NCBI GenBank assembly: GCA_022821845.1
Contig: JAJECT010000019.1
Location: forward strand, 65,814-129,813
DNA from: Rhodothermales bacterium
Lineage (GTDB): Bacteria > Bacteroidota > Rhodothermia > Rhodothermales > VXPQ01
Length of the DNA: 64,000 bases
Reading direction: 5' to 3'
Positions 18,891-28,022 of the stretch are shown here, in pieces. Each line of letters starts with the position of its first letter. Position 1 is the first letter of the stretch. Both the position numbers and the translations under genes were made by a program. A model generated the notes under the pieces. That model did not search any database. It was given only the letters and a program-made list of their open reading frames with translations, and had not been told where the DNA came from.

Positions 18891-20384
18891 ATGAAAAGGT
18901 TGCGCGATTTCGCCGACGCCCATCTGCGCATATTCGATCGGCCCGCGCCGCCTGCGCCCGACGCCGTACAAAGCGTACACCTCATCGGGATTTGCGGGGC
19001 GGGCATGGGCGCCCTCGCCGAACTCTTGCAGGAATCCGGGTACGCCGTGCAAGGGTCCGACGCGCACTATTACCCGCCCATGAGTACGCGGATCGCCGAG
19101 GCGGGCATTACCCTGCTCCAGGGGTACGACGCCCGGCGCCTGGACCCGCCCCCGGACATGACGATCGTGGGCAACGCCTGTACGCCAACCCATCCGGAGG
19201 CGGCGTACGCCAGAGAACAAGGCCTTCCGCAGTTGTCTTTGCCAGAGGCCCTTGCCCATTTCTTTCTGCGCGACCGAAAGTCGCTGGTCGTGGCGGGGAC
19301 GCACGGAAAAACGACGAGCGCCGGCATGCTGGTCCATGTGCTGCGGCGCGCCGGACGCGATCCGGGATTTCTCGTGGGCGGCTTGCCTGCGGGCGGCGGC
19401 GCCTCGTGCGCGGCAGGCTCCGGGCCGCATTTTGTCGTGGAAGGCGACGAATACGACAGCGCCTATTTCGACAAGCGCCCAAAGATGATGCACTACCGGC
19501 CCGCCTCGGCCATCGTTACGTCGCTGGAATTCGACCATGCGGACATTTACGATTCCTGGGAGGAGTACCGCGACGCTTTTCGGGAATTCGCGGCCCTCGT
19601 CGATCCCGAAGGACTGCTTGCGCTGCACGGCGGCGACCCCCATGTGCTGGCGCTGGCGGAGCATACCCGGGCGCGCGTGGCGACCGTCGGGCTGGAGGAC
19701 GAGGATATCGTGGCCCGGAACGCGCGCGCCGCGCCGGGCGGACAACGCTTTACGCTGCGGGCGTACGGACAGGAGCAAACAGAAATTTTCTTGCCCATGA
19801 GCGGGCGGCACAACCTGCTCAACGCCCTCGGCGTATGCGCCATCGCGCTGGAAGAAGGCGTAACGCCCGCGCAAATCGCAGACGGATTCGCTTCCTTCGC
19901 CGGGATGAAACGACGCCAGGAAGTGCTCGGCGAGGCGGACGGCGTACTTGTCGTGGACGACTTTGCGCACCATCCTACGGCGGTCCGCGAAACGGTGCGG
20001 GCGATCGCCGAACGCTGGCCCGACCGCCGCCTGGTGGCCATTTTCGAGCCGCGCTCCAACTCGAGCCGCCGAAAAATCTTCGAAGAACCGTACGGAGAGG
20101 CGTTCGACCAGGCCGATATGGCGTTTATCAGCGCGCCGCCCATTCGGCACAACGACCAGGCCAGCGACCTGCTGGATGCGGACCGGGTGGGCGAACTGCT
20201 CCGACGGCGCGGCGTATCGGCAAGCATCTGGCCCCATGCAGAGGCGCTCCTGCCGCCGCTGCTGGACGCGTTGCAGCCGGGAGACGTGGCGCTCATTATG
20301 AGCAACGGGAGCTTCGACGGGCTGCATGGCAGCCTGATCGAAGCGCTTGCCGGGCGCGAACCGGCCCCGCCCAGACCGGCGTAA
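18891..20384 (+). CDS. mpl: UDP-N-acetylmuramate:L-alanyl-gamma-D-glutamyl-meso-diaminopimelate ligase
   Basis: VHLIGICGAGMGALAELLQESGYAVQGSDAHYYPPMS, VAGTHGKTTSAGM, VVEGDEYDSAYFDKRPKMMHYRP, DDFAHHPTAV. Confidence 0.9.
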   Translation: MKRLRDFADAHLRIFDRPAPPAPDAVQSVHLIGICGAGMGALAELLQESGYAVQGSDAHYYPPMSTRIAEAGITLLQGYDARRLDPPPDMTIVGNACTPTHPEAAYAREQGLPQLSLPEALAHFFLRDRKSLVVAGTHGKTTSAGMLVHVLRRAGRDPGFLVGGLPAGGGASCAAGSGPHFVVEGDEYDSAYFDKRPKMMHYRPASAIVTSLEFDHADIYDSWEEYRDAFREFAALVDPEGLLALHGGDPHVLALAEHTRARVATVGLEDEDIVARNARAAPGGQRFTLRAYGQEQTEIFLPMSGRHNLLNALGVCAIALEEGVTPAQIADGFASFAGMKRRQEVLGEADGVLVVDDFAHHPTAVRETVRAIAERWPDRRLVAIFEPRSNSSRRKIFEEPYGEAFDQADMAFISAPPIRHNDQASDLLDADRVGELLRRRGVSASIWPHAEALLPPLLDALQPGDVALIMSNGSFDGLHGSLIEALAGREPAPPRPA

Positions 20385-20513
20385 CGTGGCCCTGCGCGGG
20401 CCGGACGCCTGCGCCCCGGCGCAAGCGAGATACAAACCTGAAATGCATTATTCGGAAGGGCGGCGTATTATGGTACGGATACTGCACCCGAATCAGGCTA
20501 TCCGGATACTTCC

Positions 20514-21752
20514 ATGCGCCGTTTTCTCCTCCTCCCCTGCTGCCTCCTGTTCGCCGCCATGAACTTGTCTTGCGGATCTGCACCCGCTCCCGCCCCGCCC
20601 GAATCCGACGAAGCCCTGCGCGCCCGCGCCGACTCGCTGGCGCGCGCGTTCCTTATCGTGGACGGCCACATCGACGTGCCGTACCGGCTCGACGCCTTCC
20701 ACGAAGACATTTCCGGGGAAACCTTTGGCGGAGACTTCGACTACCCGAAAGCCGCGGCGGGCGGACTGGACGCGCCGTTCATCTCCATCTACATTGCGGC
20801 GTCCTATCAGGAAACGGGCGGCGCGAAAGAAAAAGCGGATGCGCTGATCGACATGGTGGACGGATTCGTGGCGCAATGGCCCGACAAGTTTGCCCACGCG
20901 GGAACCGTAGCCGACGTCCGGGCCAATTTCGAAGCCGGACGCATCTCGCTGCCCATGGGCATGGAAAACGGGGCGCCCATAGGCGACGACCTTTCCCTCC
21001 TGCGCTATTTTTACGACCGGGGCATCCGGTACGTCACGCTTGCGCACTCCCGCGTCAACCAGCTCAGCGACTCGTCCTACGACTCGACCCGGGTCCACAA
21101 CGGGTTAAGCGCGCTCGGCAAGGAGGCGGTTCGCGAAATGAACCGCCTGGGGATCATCGTGGATGTTTCGCATATCTCGGACGAAGCGTTCTACGACGTA
21201 ATGGAAATTGCGCAAGCCCCCGCGTTCGCCAGCCACTCCTCCGCCCGCCATTTTACGCCGGGATGGGAACGCAACATGGGCGACGCCATGATCCAGCGGC
21301 TTGCCGAAAACGGCGGCGTCGTCATGGTCGTTTTCGGATCGACCTTTCTGCGGTCCGAATACGGCCCCAAGGGTAATGCAATCCGGGACAGCCTCGATTC
21401 CGCCTTGCGCACCGCCGGACACCCCGAAAATTCGGAGGCGTATGTCCGCGAATACGAGGCACACAGGAAGGCGCATCCAGTCGGCGGCATCGAGGACATT
21501 GTGGCGCATATCAACCACATCGTTGCGCTAACAAGCGTCGATCACGTGGGACTGGGGTCGGATTTCGACGGCGTTTTCGCGCTCCCGGAGGGAATGCAGG
21601 ACGCATCCATGTATCCAAACCTGATTTACCACTTGCTCAAGGAAGGGTATAGCGACGAAGATATCCGAAAGATTATGGGCGAAAACGCGCTGCGCGTGTG
21701 GTCCGGCGTGGAAGAAACAGCCCGGGCCATGCAGCAAACGGGCGAAGGATAA
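20514..21752 (+). CDS. Membrane dipeptidase (peptidase family M19), lipoprotein
   Basis: Signal/lipobox MRRFLLLPCCLLFAAMNLSC. FLIVDGHIDVPYRL, YVTLAHSRVNQ, IIVDVSHISDE, FASHSSARH, HVGLGSDFDG. Confidence 0.88.
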   Translation: MRRFLLLPCCLLFAAMNLSCGSAPAPAPPESDEALRARADSLARAFLIVDGHIDVPYRLDAFHEDISGETFGGDFDYPKAAAGGLDAPFISIYIAASYQETGGAKEKADALIDMVDGFVAQWPDKFAHAGTVADVRANFEAGRISLPMGMENGAPIGDDLSLLRYFYDRGIRYVTLAHSRVNQLSDSSYDSTRVHNGLSALGKEAVREMNRLGIIVDVSHISDEAFYDVMEIAQAPAFASHSSARHFTPGWERNMGDAMIQRLAENGGVVMVVFGSTFLRSEYGPKGNAIRDSLDSALRTAGHPENSEAYVREYEAHRKAHPVGGIEDIVAHINHIVALTSVDHVGLGSDFDGVFALPEGMQDASMYPNLIYHLLKEGYSDEDIRKIMGENALRVWSGVEETARAMQQTGEG

Positions 21753-21799
21753 AAGCCGCACGGCAAGCAGGAACTTGCGCCCGTTATCCGGTTTTCGTA

Positions 21800-21821
21800 T
21801 TGTACATATCGAAATGTACAA
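21800..21821. promoter_or_regulatory. Palindromic candidate operator TTGTACAT-N6-ATGTACAA, 48 nt upstream of the antitoxin start
   Basis: Read directly. Perfect 8-bp arms in an AT-rich patch just upstream of the SD AGGAAAGGAG and the ATG at 21869. Type II antitoxins commonly autoregulate through such palindromes. Confidence 0.4.
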
Positions 21822-21868
21822 TTCAGGAATACGCTGATCAACACCACAGGAAAGGAGCAACGAGCGCC

Positions 21869-22105
21869 ATGAAAACGATAGCCGTTTCCGCCTTCAGGGC
21901 GACCTGCCTTCGCCTGATCGGGCAAATGCACAAGGATCGGGAGCCGATCACAATCACCAAACGCGGCGAACCCGTAGCCGTGCTGTCTCCCTTGCCGCCG
22001 CCAGCGGACGAAGCTCCGCTCATCATCGGCGCGATGAAAGGTTCGGTGCTCCGCTACGACGAGCCTTTTGAACCGGCTTGCGCGCCAATGGACGTTTCAG
22101 CGTAA
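21869..22105 (+). CDS. Phd/YefM-family type II antitoxin with no adjacent toxin gene
   Basis: MKTIAVSAFRATCLRLIGQMHKDREPITITKRGEPVAVLSPL matches the Phd/YefM N-terminal fold signature (ITKRGxPVAVL). A strong SD precedes the ATG. No toxin ORF follows, only a terminator hairpin. Confidence 0.75.
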   Translation: MKTIAVSAFRATCLRLIGQMHKDREPITITKRGEPVAVLSPLPPPADEAPLIIGAMKGSVLRYDEPFEPACAPMDVSA

Positions 22106-22150
22106 ATTGGCGAAATATGGATTCTGTATGTCTTTGCAGGGCTACTACAA

Positions 22151-22186
22151 GAAACCCCCGTCCAGTCAGAGCCGAACGGGGGTTTC
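22151..22186. terminator. Hairpin between convergent genes (11-bp stem GAAACCCCCGT / ACGGGGGTTTC, 14-nt loop)
   Basis: Read directly. It lies between the antitoxin stop (22105) and the lipoprotein stop (22205). The flanking T content is modest, so its strength as an intrinsic terminator is uncertain. Confidence 0.55.
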
Positions 22187-22204
22187 TGTTCGTGCTATGA
22201 CAAT

Positions 22205-22741
22205 TTAGGCACAATTAGAATAGGTATGATATTCATCTTGAATTTTTATCGTAGTAGCACCTTCTGGACATTCCAGTACCACTTCGAAGGTACATTCATA
22301 ATACTCCCTATTCTTTACATTCGAAGCAAGAGCATCTCCACGACAATCGGGATTATTAGGAACCATTGCCTTACCAGCAAATGGATTCCAATTCGTTGCT
22401 TCTATCCATAGATCAGTTGCATGATCACCGACAAGAAACATATATTCTATGCCACTTTCTGTTTTGCCAACAAAACGGTAATCAGGGTATTGTTCAAAGT
22501 CCTCTGGCGTAGGTCTAATAAGCAGCGCTACGTCAAGTTCTCTTCCTTTTTCATTCCGAGGAGGATTATCAGTATCAAGATATGCACTGACAATCTCGCG
22601 CAATTCTTGCATGTTGCTATCACTAACTTTCGGCGAAATAGCCGTTGGGTTAGCGTGATCAGAACTATTACTCTGGCATCCAGCGAGCGCGGTCATCAGG
22701 CAGGCGAGGACGATTGGGAGTAAGAAAAAGCGTTTGGTCAT
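22205..22741 (-). CDS. Hypothetical lipoprotein, no family recognised, encoded in an AT-rich islet
   Basis: Start MTKRFFLLPIVLACLMTALAGC (classic lipobox LAGC), preceded by GAGGAAACC. The mature part has four Cys near the C-terminus. G+C in the lines I counted (22201-22380) is 30-47%, against about 58-65% in flanking genes. Confidence 0.7.
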   Translation of the reverse strand: MTKRFFLLPIVLACLMTALAGCQSNSSDHANPTAISPKVSDSNMQELREIVSAYLDTDNPPRNEKGRELDVALLIRPTPEDFEQYPDYRFVGKTESGIEYMFLVGDHATDLWIEATNWNPFAGKAMVPNNPDCRGDALASNVKNREYYECTFEVVLECPEGATTIKIQDEYHTYSNCA

Positions 22742-22978
22742 GGTTTCCTCTTGTCCTTCAGGGTGTTTGTTGTTACGAATTAAGGCAGAATCGATTTGCG
22801 ATCCGCCGTCATGCGTTTTTATGATAGGGGCTGGCCTTGAGCAACGCAATACAACCACTGGCATTTCAAGGAAAATTCATAGCCCATTATCATAAGTAAC
22901 TTATTTTCAATGCTTTAGGCATGTGCATTCCCCTTGCTTTCCACTCCCCGGCAGCCATCCCCCCATCTCCCCCACCCC

Positions 22979-23713
22979 CTAATACCGCACCTCTTCAAGC
23001 ACCAGGCCGCGGGCGGGGGCAGCGGGTCCGGCGGCGCGGCGGTCCTTCTTGGCAAGGAGGCGGGCCATATCTTCGACGGGACGTTGGCCGCGCCCTGTTT
23101 GCAGCAGGGTTCCCACTATGGCGCGCACCATGCCGTGCAGAAACCGGTTGCCTGCAATGTCGAAACAGGCGTCTTCGTCCGACTCGCGAAGCCAGCGCGC
23201 CTCGTACACCGTGCACACGCGGTTCTTCGTCTCTGATTGCGTACGGCAGAACGAATCGAAATCGTGTTCGCCTGTGAGCAGATCGGCGGCGGCCTGCATG
23301 CGCTCGAAATCCGGGGCCGGGCGAACCGGTACGCGCCAATGCCGGTCCAGCGCGCGAAACCCGGTGGTAATGTAATAGCGGTAGCGCCGCAAACGGGCGT
23401 CGTAGCGGGCATGAAAACCGTCCGGCGCCTCGGCCAGATCGCGGACCGCTACGGCGTCGGGGAGCAAACCGCTCAGCGAAGCCAAAAGGCGGCGAGCAGG
23501 CATCCGCAGGTCGTCCGCAACAAAATGCGCCACTTGCCCTCGGGCATGTACGCCCGCGTCGGTGCGCCCCGCCCCCACGACGGCGACCGGCCTGCGCAAG
23601 GCGGTGGCGAGCGCGGCTTCAAGCGCGCCTTGCACCGTGGGCCTGCCCGGCTGGATTTGCCATCCGGAAAAAGGCGTCCCGTCGTATTCTATGGTCATGC
23701 GGTATACAGGCAT
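22979..23713 (-). CDS. truA: tRNA pseudouridine(38-40) synthase
   Basis: MPVYRMTIEYDGTPFSGWQIQPGRPTVQGALEAAL...VGAGRTDAGVHARGQVAHF. An alternative start is at 23698. Confidence 0.9.
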   Translation of the reverse strand: MPVYRMTIEYDGTPFSGWQIQPGRPTVQGALEAALATALRRPVAVVGAGRTDAGVHARGQVAHFVADDLRMPARRLLASLSGLLPDAVAVRDLAEAPDGFHARYDARLRRYRYYITTGFRALDRHWRVPVRPAPDFERMQAAADLLTGEHDFDSFCRTQSETKNRVCTVYEARWLRESDEDACFDIAGNRFLHGMVRAIVGTLLQTGRGQRPVEDMARLLAKKDRRAAGPAAPARGLVLEEVRY

Positions 23714-23845
23714 CGCTTGCGCGCCGCATCGGCGGATATCGTATTTTGGGATATGCTGCGCTTTGCGGCCTTCGCGAGCGTATCCATTGCGCCGCGGGCA
23801 ACCGTCCGATTTCCGCGGCATTCCGATTTTTTCCAAGCCTTTTCA

Positions 23846-24406
23846 ATGACCGTTCCTACGCGCATCTACCTGACGGGTTTTATGGGGAGCGGCAAGAGCG
23901 CCCTCGGACCTGGCCTCGCAGCGCGGCTCGGATACGACTTCGTCGATCTGGACCGACATATCGAGCGCAAGGCGGGTTGCGCGATCCAGACCCTGTTCGC
24001 CGACCAGGGCGAAGAAGCCTTTCGCAGGCTCGAAACCGCCGCGCTGCGCGCCCTCTCGGACCGGGAGCGACTGGTTACGGCCCTTGGAGGCGGCGCGGTG
24101 GCCCGGGAGGAGAACTTGCGGCTCGTTCGGTCGCGGGGATGTTTGATCTACCTGCGCATGACGCCCGCGCGGCTGGCGGAGCGCCTTGCGCAGGGCGCCG
24201 CATCGCGTCCCATGCTGCACGAACAGGGACAGCCCCTCGCCGGCGCCGCCTTGCGCAAGCGCATCGAGGCCCTGCTGGCAGAGCGCGAACCGTTCTATGC
24301 GCAAGCGGATATCGCGCTGGAGGCGGACGCAGAAACGGTGGAAACCCTAATATCGCAGGCGACGGAAGCGCTGAAACGCTTTGCCGCGCAGGCAAATAAG
24401 GAATAA
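23846..24406 (+). CDS. aroK: Shikimate kinase
   Basis: MTVPTRIYLTGFMGSGKSALGPGLAARLGYDFVDLDRHIE...FRRLE...ALGGGAV. The longer track ORF from 23237 is antisense read-through of truA. Confidence 0.9.
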   Translation: MTVPTRIYLTGFMGSGKSALGPGLAARLGYDFVDLDRHIERKAGCAIQTLFADQGEEAFRRLETAALRALSDRERLVTALGGGAVAREENLRLVRSRGCLIYLRMTPARLAERLAQGAASRPMLHEQGQPLAGAALRKRIEALLAEREPFYAQADIALEADAETVETLISQATEALKRFAAQANKE

Positions 24407-24517
24407 ATGCCTCCCGGTCGCGCGCGCCGCCTGCCCGATCCGCCTAATCTGCGTGGTTTCTGCGGATTTCAACGCGGGAATCATGCCTTGCCTGTACGGG
24501 CGACCGCGCCGCGCTGG

Positions 24518-24559
24518 TCGAAACGGCCTGATCGAAACGGCCTGATCGAAACGACCTGG
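24518..24559. repeat. 14-bp tandem repeat x3 (TCGAAACGGCCTGA, TCGAAACGGCCTGA, TCGAAACGACCTGG)
   Basis: Read directly, in the aroK/rnhB convergent intergenic region. Confidence 0.85.
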
Positions 24560-24585
24560 GCGAAAGGTTTTGGCCAGCGTATTCC

Positions 24586-25197
24586 TTACGACAACCGGAA
24601 CGAACGACGGTGGTGCGGGCTGGGGCCGTGCCGGGCCAGCGCCGCGTAATGCTTTTTGACGGGATACCCTGCGTTCGCATTCCACGCATACGCAGGATAC
24701 GCTTCGTGGAGCTGGCGCATCATACGGTCTCGCTCCACCTTGGCGATAACAGACGCCGCCGCAACAGAGCGGCACCGGCGGTCCCCCTGCACGAGCGTTT
24801 CGGCGGGGCACGGCGGATCGGGAAAGCACCGGTTCCCGTCGATCAGCAAATAATCCGGCGCAACAGCCAAGTCCTGGACGGCGCGCCGCATGGCCTCCAG
24901 CGCGGCATGGAGAATATTCAGCCTGTCTATTTCCTGCGGCGAACACAAGCCCACGCCGACCATGGACGCACTGGCCCGAATCGCCTCGGCCACTTGTTCG
25001 CGCAGAGGCCGCGAAAGCAATTTACTGTCGGCCAGTTCCGGGAGACGCGCATCGGGCGCCAGTATGACCGCGGCGGCGACCACGGGGCCCGCCAGGCACC
25101 CCCGCCCCGCTTCGTCTACGCCGGCAATGCGTTCGTAGCCCTGCGCGCGCAGCGCCTCTTCGAAACGCCGCGAAGGAAGTCGGGACCGGGAAGCCAT
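24586..25197 (-). CDS. rnhB: Ribonuclease HII
   Basis: Start MASRSRLPS (cat at 25195-25197). IAGVDEAGRGCLAGPVVAAAVIL, LADSKLLS, IDGN, ASVIAKV. Confidence 0.9.
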   Translation of the reverse strand: MASRSRLPSRRFEEALRAQGYERIAGVDEAGRGCLAGPVVAAAVILAPDARLPELADSKLLSRPLREQVAEAIRASASMVGVGLCSPQEIDRLNILHAALEAMRRAVQDLAVAPDYLLIDGNRCFPDPPCPAETLVQGDRRCRSVAAASVIAKVERDRMMRQLHEAYPAYAWNANAGYPVKKHYAALARHGPSPHHRRSFRLS

Positions 25198-25213
25198 AGC
25201 GTGAAGGACGTTT

Positions 25214-26836
25214 TTATTCGTCGTACTGATCCGGCAGGTCGTTTTCGTACAGCACCACGTCCCCCTTCCGAAGAAACGTCGCCAGAAAGGCCTGCGCATC
25301 CCGCAAAGCGTCGAAAACATGCAGATTTTCCTCGGGAAATCCTTTGCCGCGCAGCCCTTGCTGGATGGGGGCGGTTTGCTTGCGGCCCACCAGCAGCGCC
25401 ACATCCGCATGGTCGGCGATATGTTCTCCCAGCACGCGATTTTCTCCCGCTTGCCGCTCGCCCAGCTCGATCATGCCGGGCGTTACGACAATGCGCCGCC
25501 CCGAACGGAACGCGCCCAGGATTTCCACCGCGTTCCGGGCGCCCACGGGATTGGCGTTGAACGCGTCGTCGATGACGGTTACCGGGCCTTCCCGCCGCAA
25601 CTGAAGCCGATGCGGCACGGGCGCAAGCCGCTCCACGGCATGTCTCATCTGGCGCAAACGCAATCCCGTCTCGCATCCGACCGCCAGCGCGAGCAGTATG
25701 TTGGTTACGTTGTGCGCGCCCAGAAGCCGGGTCTGAAAACGCTGCTCCGCTCCGTTGTGGCCGCGGACGACAAAGGACGTTCCGCGATGGTCGTACCGAA
25801 TATCGAAGGCGGCAAGGTCGGCCTCCGGGTTGCCCTCGGCGGAAACGCGCCATACCCGCCCGGGAGCCTGCGCCTGCATGGCCGCCACCCGCTCGTCGTC
25901 CAGGTTCAGCACGGCCACGCCGCCTGCGTCCATGCGGGCGATCATGCGGCCTTTCTCTTCCGCAATGCGGTCCATCGTGCCCATGCTCTCCAGATGCGCA
26001 ATCCCTATCGTCGTCACGACGCCAATATGCGGGCAGACAATATCGCACAGTTCGTCCATGTCGCCCGGATGCCGGATGCCCATTTCCAGGACCAGCGCCT
26101 GATGCTCCGCCCGCAGCATGGTATTGATCGCCAGGCACAGGCCCATGGGCGTATTGTAGGAGCCGGGCGTAATGAGGGTTTGGCGGCGCAGGCCAAGCAG
26201 GTCTCCCATAATGGACTTGACGCTCGTTTTTCCGTAGGAACCCGTAACGGCGACGATTTGCAGGTCTGCACGGCGGGCAAGCCGACGGCGGGCCTGTCGT
26301 TTGAATCCCTCCTGAATGCGTCGTTCCGCCGGAGCCATCAGCGCAGCGGCGGCCAGCGTCCAGCCCGGCGCCAGCAAATCCGCCAGAAAAAGCCCGCCCA
26401 GATACCAGAGGAGGTCCGCAAGGCCGCCCCGAAGCCACAGGTACGCGCCCGCCGCGACAGGCAACGCCGCCACGAGCGCGGCCATCGCCAGCAAGCGCCG
26501 CAGGCGGGGGGTGTACTTCAGGGGTTTTTTCTCGCGGTCGCTCCGGTAGCGCCGCGAGGAAGCGAACGTACCGGCCCACAGGGGCAAAAGAACCGCCAGG
26601 ACGGGAAGCGGATCGAACAGGGCGACGCAGACCGCCGCCAGAACCAGTTCCGCAAGCGCCAGCTGATGCGACCGGCGAAACGCCAGCGTCCGCAAACGAC
26701 GAACGACCCAGGCCCGAAACTCCCCGGACTTGTAGCCGTGCAACTGAAAAATATGCAGGAAATAGCGCAGCCGCCGCGCCGCGCGCCATCCCGCAAAAAG
26801 CGTTGCGACAAGAACCAGAAACGGAATAAGGAACAT
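25214..26836 (-). CDS. Mur-ligase family protein (MurF-like) with an N-terminal membrane domain of about 190 aa
   Basis: The N-terminus MFLIPFLVLVATLFAGW... carries several hydrophobic segments. These are followed by IVAVTGSYGKTSVKSIM (Mur ligase P-loop), GSYNTPMGL, VLEMGIRHPGDM, VVTTIGIAHLE and IDDAFNANP. Confidence 0.8.
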   Translation of the reverse strand: MFLIPFLVLVATLFAGWRAARRLRYFLHIFQLHGYKSGEFRAWVVRRLRTLAFRRSHQLALAELVLAAVCVALFDPLPVLAVLLPLWAGTFASSRRYRSDREKKPLKYTPRLRRLLAMAALVAALPVAAGAYLWLRGGLADLLWYLGGLFLADLLAPGWTLAAAALMAPAERRIQEGFKRQARRRLARRADLQIVAVTGSYGKTSVKSIMGDLLGLRRQTLITPGSYNTPMGLCLAINTMLRAEHQALVLEMGIRHPGDMDELCDIVCPHIGVVTTIGIAHLESMGTMDRIAEEKGRMIARMDAGGVAVLNLDDERVAAMQAQAPGRVWRVSAEGNPEADLAAFDIRYDHRGTSFVVRGHNGAEQRFQTRLLGAHNVTNILLALAVGCETGLRLRQMRHAVERLAPVPHRLQLRREGPVTVIDDAFNANPVGARNAVEILGAFRSGRRIVVTPGMIELGERQAGENRVLGEHIADHADVALLVGRKQTAPIQQGLRGKGFPEENLHVFDALRDAQAFLATFLRKGDVVLYENDLPDQYDE

Positions 26837-26920
26837 GTTCAGGAACCCGGAGCGGCGTCAGGTGTTTTGCAGCAAATCAGTTTTCGGAAGCAGCTTGCAA
26901 GCGAAGTCTGCAAGACGACG

Positions 26921-27757
26921 TCAGCGATCTGTTTCGAGAAAGCGGCGGGTGGCGGCGATAAACGTGGCGAAATCGTCCATATAGCCGTAATGTCCCGCAT
27001 TGCGGAGCGTAACAAGGCCCGCGTCGGGGATGGCGCGTACAAGATATTCCATCTGCCGTTGCGATATGGCCGTATCCCGGTCGCCTCGAAAAAGCAGGAC
27101 GGGAACATCGATTTCCTGCACCTGCTCGTCGAGATGACAGGTAACCATGCGAACGAAAACGCGGCGCATGACCCCTGTGGCGGAACGGTAATCCGACGAA
27201 CCCAGCATGCGCCAGACCAGGGAATGCCGTAACCAGTCGAGGCCGTGTGCGCGAAGCGGTTCGGGCGCCAGCCTGAACGGGGCTTTAAGCACCTGGGCCG
27301 CGGTCCGGCGGACATAATACCCGACGGACCTGCGGGGCGCGACGCCCGAAGGACTGACAAGCGCCAGACGACGAATCAACCGTTTATACGCCGGATGCGA
27401 AGCCATATAAAGCGCAATCCGCCCCCCGTTCGAATGCCCCACGATGGTGACCGGCTGCCCGATAATATGCGTATCCAGGACCTCCTTGACCAGCGCGGCG
27501 TGCTCCGGAACGCCCATCGCCTCCTCGGGCGGCGGCGAATGACCGTGTCCGGGAAGATCGACGTTTACGACCCGGCAGTCCGGGGCCAGCGCCTCGGCGA
27601 TCGGGGCCATATGGGCTGCGCTGCTTCCCCAGCCATGAAGCAGGAGCACGGGCGCGCCCTCGGCGTTGCCCGTAATCGCGCAGCCCAGCCTGTCCGCGCC
27701 GTACGACGCGGGCGCGGCGGCGCCGTTTTGCGCTTTCGACGAGCCTTTGGAACCCAT
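26921..27757 (-). CDS. Alpha/beta-fold hydrolase
   Basis: APVLLLHGWGSSAAHM, nucleophile elbow VGHSNGG, and a C-terminal GHYGYMDD. The likely start is MGSKG (cat at 27755-27757). Confidence 0.8.
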   Translation of the reverse strand: MGSKGSSKAQNGAAAPASYGADRLGCAITGNAEGAPVLLLHGWGSSAAHMAPIAEALAPDCRVVNVDLPGHGHSPPPEEAMGVPEHAALVKEVLDTHIIGQPVTIVGHSNGGRIALYMASHPAYKRLIRRLALVSPSGVAPRRSVGYYVRRTAAQVLKAPFRLAPEPLRAHGLDWLRHSLVWRMLGSSDYRSATGVMRRVFVRMVTCHLDEQVQEIDVPVLLFRGDRDTAISQRQMEYLVRAIPDAGLVTLRNAGHYGYMDDFATFIAATRRFLETDR

Positions 27758-28022
27758 TGCCCTGCTATGTTGTTTGAGTGTCGTACATCCTATCTTCCTC
27801 CAGGTTTTACGTTTTTCGGGCCGCTCGCCCTGGAAACCGGGATGCAATCGCCCGGCGCCTCTTCGTCGGACGCTTCATTGGTCGGTTTCCCGCCGCATGG
27901 CGTATGCGGTCCTAATGTACGAAGCGCGCCGCGCCCATTCCTGTTGCATCGAATTATTGTTGCCGCACCGCGTGGAATGCGCTTCACCGTAGTACGTTTT
28001 CGCGATCAATGCACTGAACTGT

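Noticed and set aside
18069-21376. ORFs 18069..20435 (-) 788 aa and 18992..21376 (+) 794 aa
   Set aside because: These are out-of-frame or antisense shadows of mpl and the M19 dipeptidase, with Arg/Pro/Gly-rich low-information sequence.
22204-22921. 8-bp direct repeat TTTAGGCA at both edges of the AT-rich islet, read as a target-site duplication
   Set aside because: An 8-mer match in AT-rich DNA over about 700 bp can arise by chance. No integrase, transposase or terminal inverted repeats accompany it. It is kept only as a note inside the islet finding.
25116-27232. ORFs 25116..26789 (-) 557 aa and 25319..27232 (+) 637 aa
   Set aside because: These are alternative-frame or antisense shadows of the MurF-like gene, with Arg/Gly/Pro-rich composition.
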